Shown here: positions 1-9,435 of the stretch, in pieces
Layout: each line of letters begins with the position of its first letter
How positions within the stretch are numbered: the first letter of the stretch is position 1
Translations under genes and position numbers: made by a program
Sequence record: MN158214.1
Strand: one strand, 5' to 3'
Origin: Escherichia phage BEBK14
DNA: 50,853 bases
The notes under the pieces: generated by a model
Database searches by the model: none
Told to the model about the DNA's origin: nothing
Seen by the model: the letters and a program-made list of their open reading frames with translations, nothing else

Positions 1-41
1 CCCCCCGTGCCTGACGTTGCAGCGTTCAAAAAATCTTTCAT
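1..41 (-). CDS. partial CDS, 5' end only (continues beyond window start)
   Basis: ATG at 39-41 on minus strand with AAGAGG RBS 7 nt upstream (RC of 49-54); frame open to window edge. Confidence 0.3.
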   Translation of the reverse strand, partial: MKDFLNAATSGTG

Positions 42-118
42 TTTTAGATCCTCTTTATTCAAATGTCAATAGTGATGATTGCATTTTAAACATTGTGCTG
101 AAAAAATAAATAAAAAAA

Positions 119-141
119 GGAGGCTTGTAAATTAAGCCTCC
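119..141 (-). terminator. rho-independent terminator candidate
   Basis: hairpin GGAGGCTT/AAGCCTCC with A-run 100..118 on plus (T-run on minus). Confidence 0.5.
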
Positions 142-164
142 TTATAAGTTAATGTTTTATATGG

Positions 165-335
165 TTATTCTGCTGGTGAAAAAGTCAGGTAATAGCCGTG
201 TAATGGTGCGATTATTGCACTGCCTTGCCCGTCGCGGATCTCATACATGCCGCCAGGAATTGCTACAGCCGTGTAAATCAGGCCGACGGTATAAGGCAAT
301 TGCTTAGATGTGTTTCTGGTGCAACGTACTTTCAT
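165..335 (-). CDS. hypothetical small protein (56 aa)
   Basis: minus-strand ORF starting right after stop of 336..1454; followed by hairpin terminator 119..141. Confidence 0.3.
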   Translation of the reverse strand: MKVRCTRNTSKQLPYTVGLIYTAVAIPGGMYEIRDGQGSAIIAPLHGYYLTFSPAE

Positions 336-1454
336 TTATTTCTCTGCCATCTCAGGATAAAACATAAATCTTCCGATTTCGCCGTGTTCTTTGTCGTAAA
401 TGATAACCGCAGCACGGCGACGGGAACGCCAACCGCCTCGCGCGGCGTATGCGTCTTTAGCTGCCATCGTGCTATGTACTTCAACAATGCCGAGCGATGT
501 TTCTGTTACAGTCTGATGATGAAAATGCCCTACGTGCGCATACATCGTTTTTGAGTTGCCGAAGTCCTCCCGCCAGTCTGCCGCGCACATCATTAGCAAT
601 GTTTCCGGCTTGCGGACGGTGTGACCGTGATGATATGCAAGGAAGGTTTTTCCGTACTGCGTATGGTGAACCACTCGCGGCGATACATCAACGTAAACGC
701 GCGGCTCTTTTTCATATGCCGCCGCCATAGCTGCACGTAACCAGATCATGCCGCTTTGGTCATGGTTTCCCTCAATTATCTGGATCTCTACTTCTTTGTG
801 TTTTTTGAGCATCAACTCAATGGCACGACGGACGGCGCGGATTGCCACGTAAACCAATTTTGCGTATCGGCTATCTTGATCCAGGACGTGACCGCTTGCA
901 GGCGTTACTGCTTCCAGGCCGTCACTATGAAGCATGTCACCCCCAATCAGTAGCACAGCTTTCTCGCTGAACGGTGCACAGGCCACAGCATAATCGAAAA
1001 AGTCATTCATTACTTTCTCAGCCGTGGAAGTATCCCAATTCTCGCCGCATTCGTGTTTGTGCGCCATAGCTCCCAGGTGCATATCAAAAACGGGGTAAAG
1101 GGCAAGGCTTTCGCTGTATTCGCTCGCTTCTTCCGGTGTCGGATCTACTCGCGGCAATTCTTCGGTAAAAGCGTCCATAGCTGCACGCATCAACGCTTCC
1201 AGTTGCTCTTTGTCCTTACTGGTCTTTGTCCATTTGACGATCACGTTACCTTCTTTGTCGGTCATGACCGATTCACCGTGAACACCAAAACCAGGAGTTC
1301 CGATGGTTGATATTTTACCCTGTTTTGCCAGTCGTGCCGCTCGGCGCTCGACGCTACGAACGTTAAGGCCGTATTCCTCAGCAATCTGACGATAGCTCTT
1401 ACCCTTTAATCGCTCATGCGTGAATTGCTCGTCCGTTATCTTGCTCTGACTCAT
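336..1454 (-). CDS. HTH domain + calcineurin-like metallophosphoesterase
   Basis: N-terminal HTH-like segment (SYRQIAEEYGLNVRSVERR); metallophosphatase-like motifs GDMLHSDG, GNHD, HHGH in translation. Confidence 0.55.
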   Translation of the reverse strand: MSQSKITDEQFTHERLKGKSYRQIAEEYGLNVRSVERRAARLAKQGKISTIGTPGFGVHGESVMTDKEGNVIVKWTKTSKDKEQLEALMRAAMDAFTEELPRVDPTPEEASEYSESLALYPVFDMHLGAMAHKHECGENWDTSTAEKVMNDFFDYAVACAPFSEKAVLLIGGDMLHSDGLEAVTPASGHVLDQDSRYAKLVYVAIRAVRRAIELMLKKHKEVEIQIIEGNHDQSGMIWLRAAMAAAYEKEPRVYVDVSPRVVHHTQYGKTFLAYHHGHTVRKPETLLMMCAADWREDFGNSKTMYAHVGHFHHQTVTETSLGIVEVHSTMAAKDAYAARGGWRSRRRAAVIIYDKEHGEIGRFMFYPEMAEK

Positions 1455-1554
1455 GATTTTTTCTCCTATTGGTGCATTACGATACTATATATGATAGCGG
1501 TCGCAATGATAACGGGTAACGGTAGAACAAACAAGCGCCACATGATAACCATCC

Positions 1555-1797
1555 TCACTTATAATATTTGCGAGGCTCTCGAATTTTAGCCATTGCCTCT
1601 TTGAAATCAATTTTTGTTGGTATGGCTGGAACTCGCACCATCTTGCGCGGCTTTTCCTTGAGGAAAGTCATTTTGCCGCCTCCGATCACGCTGATGTCTG
1701 CAATATCGAAATATTGCGCGATCTTCTTTATGTCGTCAGCCATCCCCATTTCGTTTATATGTTGCCAGACTGCTTCACGCCCTTGTTCAACTTTCAT
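1555..1797 (-). CDS. hypothetical protein
   Basis: ORF with GGAGG RBS before internal ATG (MKVEQ...). Confidence 0.4.
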   Translation of the reverse strand: MKVEQGREAVWQHINEMGMADDIKKIAQYFDIADISVIGGGKMTFLKEKPRKMVRVPAIPTKIDFKEAMAKIREPRKYYK

Positions 1798-1966
1798 GCT
1801 TATAATATACCTCCGCAAATTCTAATGGGTAGTGACCATATGCAACGCGAAGTAGAATCATTGCAGCGCCCCAATCAAGCTGCATATTGTTTTTCGTTCC
1901 ACCTTTTACCGCCTCGCGTGCTGTTTGTTGCGCCTGGTCAAATGCTTTCTTGCTATATACTACCAT
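1787..1966 (-). CDS. hypothetical protein
   Basis: ORF downstream of extended box element 1981..2042; RBS GAGGAA. Confidence 0.4.
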   Translation of the reverse strand: MVVYSKKAFDQAQQTAREAVKGGTKNNMQLDWGAAMILLRVAYGHYPLEFAEVYYKHES

Positions 1967-2025
1967 TTTCATTTCCTCATGTTCGTTTCGATGAAATAAT
2001 TATGCCCGACAAAATGCCGGGCGTT

Positions 2026-2042
2026 TTAACAAAAAGTGCTGT
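2026..2042 (-). promoter_or_regulatory. 17-bp box copy (extended form)
   Basis: followed on minus strand by hairpin, CATAAT (1999..2004) and TTTCATCGAAACGAA. Confidence 0.5.
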
Positions 2043-2299
2043 TAGTGGATCATTCCGTGCTGAAAATTCCACGAATCGACAAATTCTTGCATGTCATTTC
2101 TGATCTGTTCATGCCATTTTTCAAGCGGGAGTTTTTTTGTCTCCTCAAAGCTCATATCCAATGCGCTTGAAAATTCCCACGGATCGCAATCAATCATCTT
2201 TTTCACGTTAGGGTTTTTATCAAGCGCATCGCAAACCATAGCGCGATAAAGCAACCATTCGCCACACTCATTTAAATAAACGCTTCTTTCTTTTTGCAT
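2042..2299 (-). CDS. hypothetical protein
   Basis: 85-aa ORF, co-oriented and adjacent to neighbouring minus-strand genes. Confidence 0.4.
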   Translation of the reverse strand: MQKERSVYLNECGEWLLYRAMVCDALDKNPNVKKMIDCDPWEFSSALDMSFEETKKLPLEKWHEQIRNDMQEFVDSWNFQHGMIH

Positions 2300-2303
2300 G
2301 ATA

Positions 2304-3005
2304 TTAACTCCGCTTTCTTGCCCGACGCTCTGCCACGGAAGGGCAAATGTCGCTGATTTTAACGTATCGCGTTTTCTGATGCTCGCCTTCTTTCAGTTCA
2401 CGCATGATGAAAATAACGCTTCCTTTGTTGTTGCCCTGTACTGGTTTACCTGTAAGTGCGGAAGTAAACGCCAGGCGTCCGGTGCGTGAATATTCTGTTC
2501 CATCCTCTTTGTAAACTTCTCCAGTGATCCAGATTATTTCCGCCGCGTGCTGTTGCGCTTCATAAAACCATCCTGTTGATGTGTCGCATGGTAAAAGCAT
2601 GTCGATCTGGTTGTTGTGCTCCATCTGCTCAATCGCTTTCTTAACGAATGGCGTGATGTTGCTGTATGGTGGATTAAGCCAGATGTGCTTATTGCTACCC
2701 CACCAACGCTTTAAGCAATTCGTTTCCTTGCTGTAGAATTTTTCGCATACAGCATTATCTTCGCTTGCTGCCGCGTCGATGTCATAATCACCATATTCGC
2801 TTTCCATCCATGCGACAAGCTCTGATGGCGTAGACCATAAATCGCGCACAACGTCCGGCGTATTGCTTCCGTTATATCGGTTGCCAGTCACTTTGAAATA
2901 TTGATTTGACTTAACTGCCTGGTAATGGCCTCCGGTCGCTAGGGCATTACCTACAAACGTTTCTCGTTCGATTTGTTCAAAGCTGATTTCAATTTCTTTC
3001 TTCAC
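2304..3005 (-). CDS. dam: DNA N6-adenine methyltransferase (phage Dam family)
   Basis: NPPY catalytic motif (WLNPPYSN) and overall resemblance to phage Dam-type MTases; apparent GTG start. Confidence 0.7.
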   Translation of the reverse strand: MKKEIEISFEQIERETFVGNALATGGHYQAVKSNQYFKVTGNRYNGSNTPDVVRDLWSTPSELVAWMESEYGDYDIDAAASEDNAVCEKFYSKETNCLKRWWGSNKHIWLNPPYSNITPFVKKAIEQMEHNNQIDMLLPCDTSTGWFYEAQQHAAEIIWITGEVYKEDGTEYSRTGRLAFTSALTGKPVQGNNKGSVIFIMRELKEGEHQKTRYVKISDICPSVAERRARKRS

Positions 3006-3064
3006 GTTAATATCCTCGCGATTGCCTTGTTTATTTGATTATGGCTCAATCCATCGCGCCTGTT

Positions 3065-3081
3065 TTAACAAAAAATGCTAT
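3065..3081 (-). promoter_or_regulatory. 17-bp box copy
   Basis: CATAAT at 3039..3044, 22 bp downstream; box contains TAG stop of 3078..3497. Confidence 0.5.
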
Positions 3082-3497
3082 TTCAGCATGTAATCAACTG
3101 CGATCATGAATTGCTTGTAACCGTAGGTGACGGCAGCGAAGCCTCCAAGCTCACGCACGCGGCGCAAGAATGCTTTTTGCTCTTTGCTGACCGGAGAAGC
3201 CTTCCCCTTGCCGGACTTGTTGACGCGCTTCATTTCAATAGCCGCAAACGGGTAGCGGCCTTTTAATCCAATCAGGATGATGAAGTCACTCACACCCTTA
3301 ACGAGTCCGGCTTGCTGATCCATCATTGCAGTGGCGATTCCCTTGTCTCCTTCGTTTTTCGTATGCCAGGCCAGCAATTCAGGATGAGCATAAGTCACCC
3401 ATTGAAACGCACCTATCTGGTGCGATTCTTCTTTTAGTGTATCTGTTGGATCTCTTTCGTAAAACTCCAGATAGTCACCTTTATCAGTCATTGCCAT
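3078..3497 (-). CDS. VRR-NUC domain nuclease
   Basis: C-terminal segment resembling VRR-NUC (GKGKASPVSKEQKAFL...); immediately downstream of helicase as is typical. Confidence 0.5.
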   Translation of the reverse strand: MAMTDKGDYLEFYERDPTDTLKEESHQIGAFQWVTYAHPELLAWHTKNEGDKGIATAMMDQQAGLVKGVSDFIILIGLKGRYPFAAIEMKRVNKSGKGKASPVSKEQKAFLRRVRELGGFAAVTYGYKQFMIAVDYMLK

Positions 3498-5523
3498 AAT
3501 TAAACTCCTTCTTGTATAGATTATCTTCGCCCTTACTCGTCTTGCGGTGAGTTACCATCGACGGCTGCATGATGTGATTCGCATATTGCATGATTTTTCT
3601 TGCATTGCGATAGCTTGCCACCATGCCAGCAATACGGCGATCCGGTATATGCTTTAACGCGACTCTACGCCATTTATCCCTGCAAATCTGGCTTTCTGAT
3701 TCAGGGAAAAATATCTCTCGCGCCCTGAATGTGTCGATGCCGTCGGAAAGCTCATAATTGAAGATGATCCCTTTCTGATTTTTCGTCATGTCAACCGAGA
3801 AAGATTTTACCTGGAACCAGTCGTTTTTTGTGTAGTGCTTACCGCTTAACTTTTCGTTAGGGTCAATAAGCGACACATCGCAATGCCTGCACACCCTGGC
3901 CGCAATATCATTCTTAGTACCACAGCCGTGATGGATAACCTTTCTGGTGCGCTGGTCTATCCGATCCTCGCATATCTTGTATTTGAAAAACCATTCGCAT
4001 CTGTTTCCGTTTTCGTCTACGTGCATACAACGTCGAGCGTAATAGCTGTTTAACGTCTTGCATACAGGGCAAGGCTTCGGATCTTTTCCGTTTTTGAATC
4101 TCTTCTGATGCTGCGCCTGCTCCAGTATCGGATCGAAATAAAGCTCTCCTAACTCGTCCATCGTGCCGGAAAAGTCCAAAACAAGATGATCGTCTTTATG
4201 AAAGCCCTGCTCTTTGTGCCACTTTTTAAGCAGTCGCATACCGCGACCTAAAAGCTGAATCAACAAAGTTAGCGATCCAATCTTACGCAGAATAACTGAC
4301 GTATCCCAAAACGGCACGTTAACGCCAGTGGTTAGCGCCTGCACCTGGAAGATGTATTTTACTTTCCCCTCGTATGCTTCTTTCAGCCATTCTTTACGCT
4401 GATTGTCGCCAGTCTTGCCAGTGATGATCCGGTAAGTCGTGCCAGGAGGCAACGCTGCCGCCGCCTCTTTACAATGTCTTTCACCTGCACATGTCACCAA
4501 TACGCCGTTACGGTTTTTACATATTTCGTGCACCTTCTCCATGATGCGCTTAGTCATAGTGGCTTCTTCATGGATCTTCTGTTCCATTTTGCGAAGCGTT
4601 TTCGCGTCAAAATCTGCAACTCCGTCCTCGCTGGATGCCTCGAACTCTGACAGGTCATAACCGAGATCGCCAACGTCGCCAAAATTGGTTGGCACAACCG
4701 AACCGAATTTGATCAGATAGTTGGTATCTATGTTAGTAACCTGTTCTCGCCAAAATCCTTTCTGTTTTTTATCTTCAACCAGGATTGGAACCACGCCGCG
4801 AAATTCCGATCCAGTCATGCCAAATATACGCAATTCGTGACCGTATTCCTTCCTGCAACGACGCATCATTTCCATGATGATAACGGTGTACTGTGTCCTG
4901 CCTGTTCCTTCCATTGGCAAGCCATCTTCCCCAATCAGGAATTCATCACACTCATGGGCGTTCGTGATGTCGTAATCTGGATTCTTTACTTTCTCGCCCT
5001 TTTTTGTCGTCATTTGAATGAGCGATTCGTCATTCTCTATCGCGTCGGCAAGGTCTTCCCAATCCACCTGATGACACTCGTCAATCCCGATAACGTGCGG
5101 CGCGTAGTCTCCAAGTGACTTAAACAGGCCGTTAACTACAGTTCCCTCAGAACCAACAACAATAGGAAAGTATGCGCTTTTGGTTTTCAGTCCAGCACAA
5201 TAAATGGAATTTGGCACGCCGAGATTTGTGATCTCCTCTGAATCCTGATCCACAATTTCAGCCTGTCGCGCCAATACCATCATTTTCAAGCCCATTTTCC
5301 GGCATTGCGCCGCAACCATTGCAAACATCAATGTTTTGCCTGCTGATACTGATGCTTTAATAAAGAATGGATGCTGATAATTGCGCATACGCTTTGCGAT
5401 CTCAGTGTATGCAACAACCTGGTAAGGATATGGCACAATATCGCCAACCGTGAAACGCTCCTGTATTTTTCGGATCGTTTCTTCACCTAAAGCGGCTATC
5501 TGCTTTTCAATATTAGGAATCAT
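3484..5523 (-). CDS. SF2 DNA helicase with Zn-finger-like cysteine cluster
   Basis: Walker A (SVSAGKT), DECH box (GIDECHQ), C-terminal CxxC clusters. Confidence 0.75.
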   Translation of the reverse strand: MIPNIEKQIAALGEETIRKIQERFTVGDIVPYPYQVVAYTEIAKRMRNYQHPFFIKASVSAGKTLMFAMVAAQCRKMGLKMMVLARQAEIVDQDSEEITNLGVPNSIYCAGLKTKSAYFPIVVGSEGTVVNGLFKSLGDYAPHVIGIDECHQVDWEDLADAIENDESLIQMTTKKGEKVKNPDYDITNAHECDEFLIGEDGLPMEGTGRTQYTVIIMEMMRRCRKEYGHELRIFGMTGSEFRGVVPILVEDKKQKGFWREQVTNIDTNYLIKFGSVVPTNFGDVGDLGYDLSEFEASSEDGVADFDAKTLRKMEQKIHEEATMTKRIMEKVHEICKNRNGVLVTCAGERHCKEAAAALPPGTTYRIITGKTGDNQRKEWLKEAYEGKVKYIFQVQALTTGVNVPFWDTSVILRKIGSLTLLIQLLGRGMRLLKKWHKEQGFHKDDHLVLDFSGTMDELGELYFDPILEQAQHQKRFKNGKDPKPCPVCKTLNSYYARRCMHVDENGNRCEWFFKYKICEDRIDQRTRKVIHHGCGTKNDIAARVCRHCDVSLIDPNEKLSGKHYTKNDWFQVKSFSVDMTKNQKGIIFNYELSDGIDTFRAREIFFPESESQICRDKWRRVALKHIPDRRIAGMVASYRNARKIMQYANHIMQPSMVTHRKTSKGEDNLYKKEFNYGND

Positions 5524-5581
5524 AACTGTCTCTTTTAATAAGCCATTAGGCGTGTATAATACACACGTTCAAAAGCTATTT

Positions 5582-5598
5582 TTAACAAAAAGTGCTAT
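5582..5598 (-). promoter_or_regulatory. 17-bp box copy in divergent region
   Basis: TATTAT ~21 bp downstream toward helicase; opposite face abuts RBS/ATG of 5609 gene. Confidence 0.45.
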
Positions 5599-5608
5599 GA
5601 GGTGCAAA

Positions 5609-6085
5609 ATGAAAGAAAAGCGAATCGCGGCCTATACTGGTGAGATTGACAAGAGAACATTGAACGGCAACAACGGAACGCGACGCGGCAAGGACAAGAA
5701 GCCACGCAAGCCGCGCACCGGATATTACATACTGAAAGAAGAAGTAAAAGCCGGACTGACCGCTCGCCTTGATATTCTTCTGGAGTATTTCGGAGGTGTG
5801 GCAAATATGGCTCGTCGATTGGGAGTATCCCAGCAAACTGTAAATATGTGGCGCAAGCGCGGGATGATTTCAGCGATGGGCGCACAACGCGTGCATAATG
5901 ACTACAAATATAATGGCTGTAAAGGCTATCGCGCATCATTCTGTCGCCCGGATCTAAAATTCGACTCAAACGGTAAGCCGCTTGTTACACGTTGCGAACG
6001 TCGTGAGATGTTGCGAGTGGTAACGATGCGCGATTATGAACCTGGCGGAATATTTTACAAAGAACCAAAAAGCACAAATAGCTAA
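5609..6085 (+). CDS. HTH DNA-binding protein (putative transcriptional regulator)
   Basis: ATG 5609 follows box copy and GAGGTG RBS; HTH-like segment GVANMARRLGVSQQTVNMWRKRG. Confidence 0.5.
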   Translation: MKEKRIAAYTGEIDKRTLNGNNGTRRGKDKKPRKPRTGYYILKEEVKAGLTARLDILLEYFGGVANMARRLGVSQQTVNMWRKRGMISAMGAQRVHNDYKYNGCKGYRASFCRPDLKFDSNGKPLVTRCERREMLRVVTMRDYEPGGIFYKEPKSTNS

Positions 6086-6142
6086 AGTTAATTGCCTGGC
6101 GTGGTTTATCATTGCCAGGCTTTTTCTTGTATGAGGTTTACA

Positions 6143-7054
6143 ATGCACTACGACAAAGACGAAGTTTTACCGCGTATGCTTGGAATGTGGCAAACTGCAT
6201 TAATGAAACTATGCAATGCGCCTCAATCTTTCTTTAATGGCAAGCATCAACCGTGCCTGTATTGTGGTGGCAAAGATCGCGCTCGTTGGACTAACCAACT
6301 CGCAAAGAAAGGTGATGGCGGCAATATCTGCAACGTATGCGGTAACGATAGCGGGATCGGGTTGTTTATGCGATTGCGCGGGGAAAGCTATAGCGAAGCA
6401 ATTAACACGCTGGGCGACTGGCTCAATCTCGTTCCGGTCGAAGTGGTGGCAAAGGCTAACAAGATAGCGTCGCGCTCGTCAGGCTACAATTTCGGGAAGC
6501 AGGCCAGCCATGAATGCTGTGAAAGAGTAATGGCAAAGACGCTTAAATTTGATCGCACTCCTTTAAGCGTATTTGAAGGAATCTACCCGCCTGATGATGG
6601 TCATTACGATTGCGGCGTTAAGGATGGGCGATACATTCACGCGCTTCCGTGCCGACTTGTTCACGAAGACGGCGTGGATGATGAGATGTGCAATATTCTC
6701 TTTATCACCGAGGAAGGCGATAAATCATTTCTGGCAAAGGATTACACGCGCGGATCGGTTGTTGTAACTGGTAGCACAGATAAGACGATCTATTTGTGCA
6801 CTGACTGGGTAAATGCTCAGCATGTGCACCTTGCGACGGGGCAAGAAGTATGGACGTGCTACAATAACTACAATCTTGAGATGGTTGCCCACAGATACAA
6901 AGGAAATCGAAAGATGCGCGTCGTATGCCATAAAGATGATCGGGATGTAATAATCGCCGCCGATGAAAGAAACCTTGATGTTATGCTGCCGATTGGTGGA
7001 AACTTCAAAAATGGCATTGAGAAAAAACTTTACAAGCCTGAATCGCTTTTATAA
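6143..7054 (+). CDS. DNA primase (primase Zn-ribbon + Toprim-like)
   Basis: PCLYCGGKDRARWT...CNVCGN zinc ribbon typical of P4/T7-type primases; downstream acidic Toprim-like motifs; GAGG RBS before ATG 6143. Confidence 0.6.
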   Translation: MHYDKDEVLPRMLGMWQTALMKLCNAPQSFFNGKHQPCLYCGGKDRARWTNQLAKKGDGGNICNVCGNDSGIGLFMRLRGESYSEAINTLGDWLNLVPVEVVAKANKIASRSSGYNFGKQASHECCERVMAKTLKFDRTPLSVFEGIYPPDDGHYDCGVKDGRYIHALPCRLVHEDGVDDEMCNILFITEEGDKSFLAKDYTRGSVVVTGSTDKTIYLCTDWVNAQHVHLATGQEVWTCYNNYNLEMVAHRYKGNRKMRVVCHKDDRDVIIAADERNLDVMLPIGGNFKNGIEKKLYKPESLL

Positions 7055-7094
7055 GATTAGCGAGAATCCATCGTTATCACTTCCTTTATGCTTA

Positions 7095-7118
7095 CCCCGC
7101 TACGCGGGGTTTTTTTTT
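7095..7118 (+). terminator. rho-independent terminator
   Basis: CCCCGCTACGCGGGG followed by T9. Confidence 0.7.
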
Positions 7119-7149
7119 GCCTGCAAAACTGCTATTCTCAATGTTGTCA

Positions 7150-7166
7150 TTAGCAAAAAGTGCTAT
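7150..7166 (-). promoter_or_regulatory. 17-bp box copy (variant TTAGCA; no -10 partner)
   Basis: between terminator 7095..7118 and RBS/ATG of fibre gene; orientation opposite to flanking genes. Confidence 0.35.
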
Positions 7167-7183
7167 ACAGGAGAAAATTACAG

Positions 7184-9145
7184 ATGGCAATTTATCGCAA
7201 AGGTCAAGCGTCAATGGACGCTCAAGGCTATATAACTGGCTACGGGACGAACTGGCGTGAGCAGTTAACGCTGATCCGTTCCGGCGCAACCATTATTTTT
7301 CTGACTCAGCCGCTACAGGCCGCAGTTATCACCGAAGTGGTCAACGATACTAGCATTCGAGCAATCACCACTGGTGGTGCTGTTGTTCCCCGTTCAGACT
7401 ACATAATCTTGCTTCATGACTCGTTAACTGTTGATGGCCTGGCGCAAGACGTAGCGGAAACATTGCGCTACTACATGGGGAAAGAGTCGGAGCTTGCTGG
7501 ATTTATTGAGATCATCAAGGATTTTGATTGGGATAAGTTACAGAAGATCCAAGAAGACGTAAAGACAAATGCTGACGCAGCAGCAGCAAGCCAGCAGGCA
7601 GCTAAAACCAGCGAGAATAACGCGAAGACAAGCGCAACAAATGCAGCGAATAGCAAGAAAGGCGCTGATACTGCAAAGGCTGCCGCTGAATCCGCGCGCG
7701 ACGCTGCAAACACTGCAAAGACTGGCGCTGAAGCAGCAAAGTCTGGCGCTGAATCCGCGCGTGACGCTGCGAACACTGCAAAGGCAGGAGCTGAAAGTGC
7801 GCGAGATCAAGCGGAGGAATACGCAAAGCAGGCCGCAGAACCTTACAAGGACTTATTGCAACCGTTGCCGGACGTGTGGATACCATTTAATGATTCCCTG
7901 GATATGATTACCGGATTCTCGCCGTCATACAAAAAGATTGTCATAGGTGATGATGAGATCACGATGCCAGGTGACAAGATTGTTAAGTTTAAACGTGCAT
8001 CAACCGCTACTTACATTAACAAATCAGGTGTTTTTACAGTTGCAGCAATTGATGAACCACGTTTTGAAAGAGATGGATTGCTGATTGAAGGGCAGAGAAC
8101 AAACCATATGATTAATGCTTCAACTCCTGCTGGTTGGGGTCGCTCAGCTTCTGTGCAAGTGACAGCGAATACAGATTCATTTGGATTTCTTTATGGTCGC
8201 TTCGCTCCAGATCAGTCTACTGTTGGCAAAACAGATGCGCTAAACCTTGCATCTGTTATTTCTAATCACAGCCTTGATACATCTGGCAATGAAAAAAATG
8301 TTACTGCTTCATGCAGATTTAGATCAGATAAAGATGTTAGATTGAGGGTAAGATTTGCCGCTGGCGATGATATTGGTAGTATAGCATTCGCTGGAGATGC
8401 TTACATAAAACTTAAAGATCTTTCAGTTCAAAAAACTGGAGGTGCTGCAAACAGAATTAATGTTGAGGTTTACACTGATGATCTTGCTGGATGGAATATT
8501 GCAATTGTTACATTCCAGGCAATAAAAAATAAGGTAAACGCTCAGTTTCAAATATCTCCAGTCTCTGCTTATGCCGAAGGTGATTATCTTGAATTGTCAA
8601 CCCCTCAAGTTGAATTGGGATCTGGTGCTTCTTCTTATATTCAATCAGGTACGACACCAGCCACAAGGGCAAGCGATATGGTTACAGTGCCAATAAAAAA
8701 CAACCTTTACAATTTGCCGTTTACAGTTCTTGTGGAGGCTCATAAAAACTGGAGTAGAACGCCAAATGCTGCGCCTCGTGTTTTCGATACTGGAGGTCAT
8801 CAATCTGGTGCGGGAATTATTCTTGCTTTCGGGTCTGCCGAAGGCGATGCTGATGGATTCCCTTATTGCGATATAGGTAAATCAAACAGAAGGGTTAACG
8901 AGAATGCGAAACTAAAAAAGATGATCATAGGAATGAGAGTAAAGAGTGATTACAATACTTGTTGTGTAAGTAATGCCAGAATATCAAGCGAAACAAAAAC
9001 GGAATGGAGATATATAGTATCAACGGCTACTATAAGGATTGGCGGACAAACAAGTACAGGCGAACGCCATCTTTTCGGGCACGTTAGAAACTTCCGTATA
9101 TGGCACAAGGCGCTAACAGATCATCAATTGGGGGAAATTGTTTAA
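7184..9145 (+). CDS. tail fibre protein
   Basis: Ala/Lys-rich coiled-coil repeats (AESARDAANTAK x2) followed by large beta-rich C-terminal domain. Confidence 0.55.
   Translation: MAIYRKGQASMDAQGYITGYGTNWREQLTLIRSGATIIFLTQPLQAAVITEVVNDTSIRAITTGGAVVPRSDYIILLHDSLTVDGLAQDVAETLRYYMGKESELAGFIEIIKDFDWDKLQKIQEDVKTNADAAAASQQAAKTSENNAKTSATNAANSKKGADTAKAAAESARDAANTAKTGAEAAKSGAESARDAANTAKAGAESARDQAEEYAKQAAEPYKDLLQPLPDVWIPFNDSLDMITGFSPSYKKIVIGDDEITMPGDKIVKFKRASTATYINKSGVFTVAAIDEPRFERDGLLIEGQRTNHMINASTPAGWGRSASVQVTANTDSFGFLYGRFAPDQSTVGKTDALNLASVISNHSLDTSGNEKNVTASCRFRSDKDVRLRVRFAAGDDIGSIAFAGDAYIKLKDLSVQKTGGAANRINVEVYTDDLAGWNIAIVTFQAIKNKVNAQFQISPVSAYAEGDYLELSTPQVELGSGASSYIQSGTTPATRASDMVTVPIKNNLYNLPFTVLVEAHKNWSRTPNAAPRVFDTGGHQSGAGIILAFGSAEGDADGFPYCDIGKSNRRVNENAKLKKMIIGMRVKSDYNTCCVSNARISSETKTEWRYIVSTATIRIGGQTSTGERHLFGHVRNFRIWHKALTDHQLGEIV
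7685..7783. repeat. 63-bp period direct repeat inside tail-fibre gene
   Basis: GCTGAATCCGCGCG(C/T)GACGCTGC(A/G)AACACTGCAAAG at 7685..7720 and 7748..7783. Confidence 0.7.
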
Positions 9146-9423
9146 TGCGTGATTTAACATTAAAATTTGCAGACAAGGCCGATTTTTCGGCCTTTTTAGG
9201 AAAAATTAATTGGGATGATAACGAATCCATTCAGGATGCAATCCTGCTCGATGTAATCGGCAATACTTACACAGTAATTGCACGATCTGACGATGGCGAT
9301 GAGATTGCGCGAAAGAACGACGGCTATTTCGTCAATGTGCGAATCATTGATGATAAGTTTGATGCCGTAATTTTTAACGGCTACGTGGTTGAGTTAGATC
9401 AGCCGATTAGAGAATGGGCTTAA
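9145..9423 (+). CDS. hypothetical protein (fibre-associated?)
   Basis: ATG overlaps stop of fibre gene (TAATG). Confidence 0.4.
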   Translation: MRDLTLKFADKADFSAFLGKINWDDNESIQDAILLDVIGNTYTVIARSDDGDEIARKNDGYFVNVRIIDDKFDAVIFNGYVVELDQPIREWA

Positions 9424-9435
9424 GGAGTTAGGAAA

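Noticed and set aside
225-554. Plus-strand 109-aa ORF
   Set aside because: Lies antisense across the start of 336..1454 and the small minus ORF; no RBS; the surrounding operon is entirely minus-strand.
5450-6085. Longer 211-aa version of the HTH gene starting at 5450
   Set aside because: The extension overlaps the helicase start and the box copy; ATG at 5609 follows the box and an RBS.
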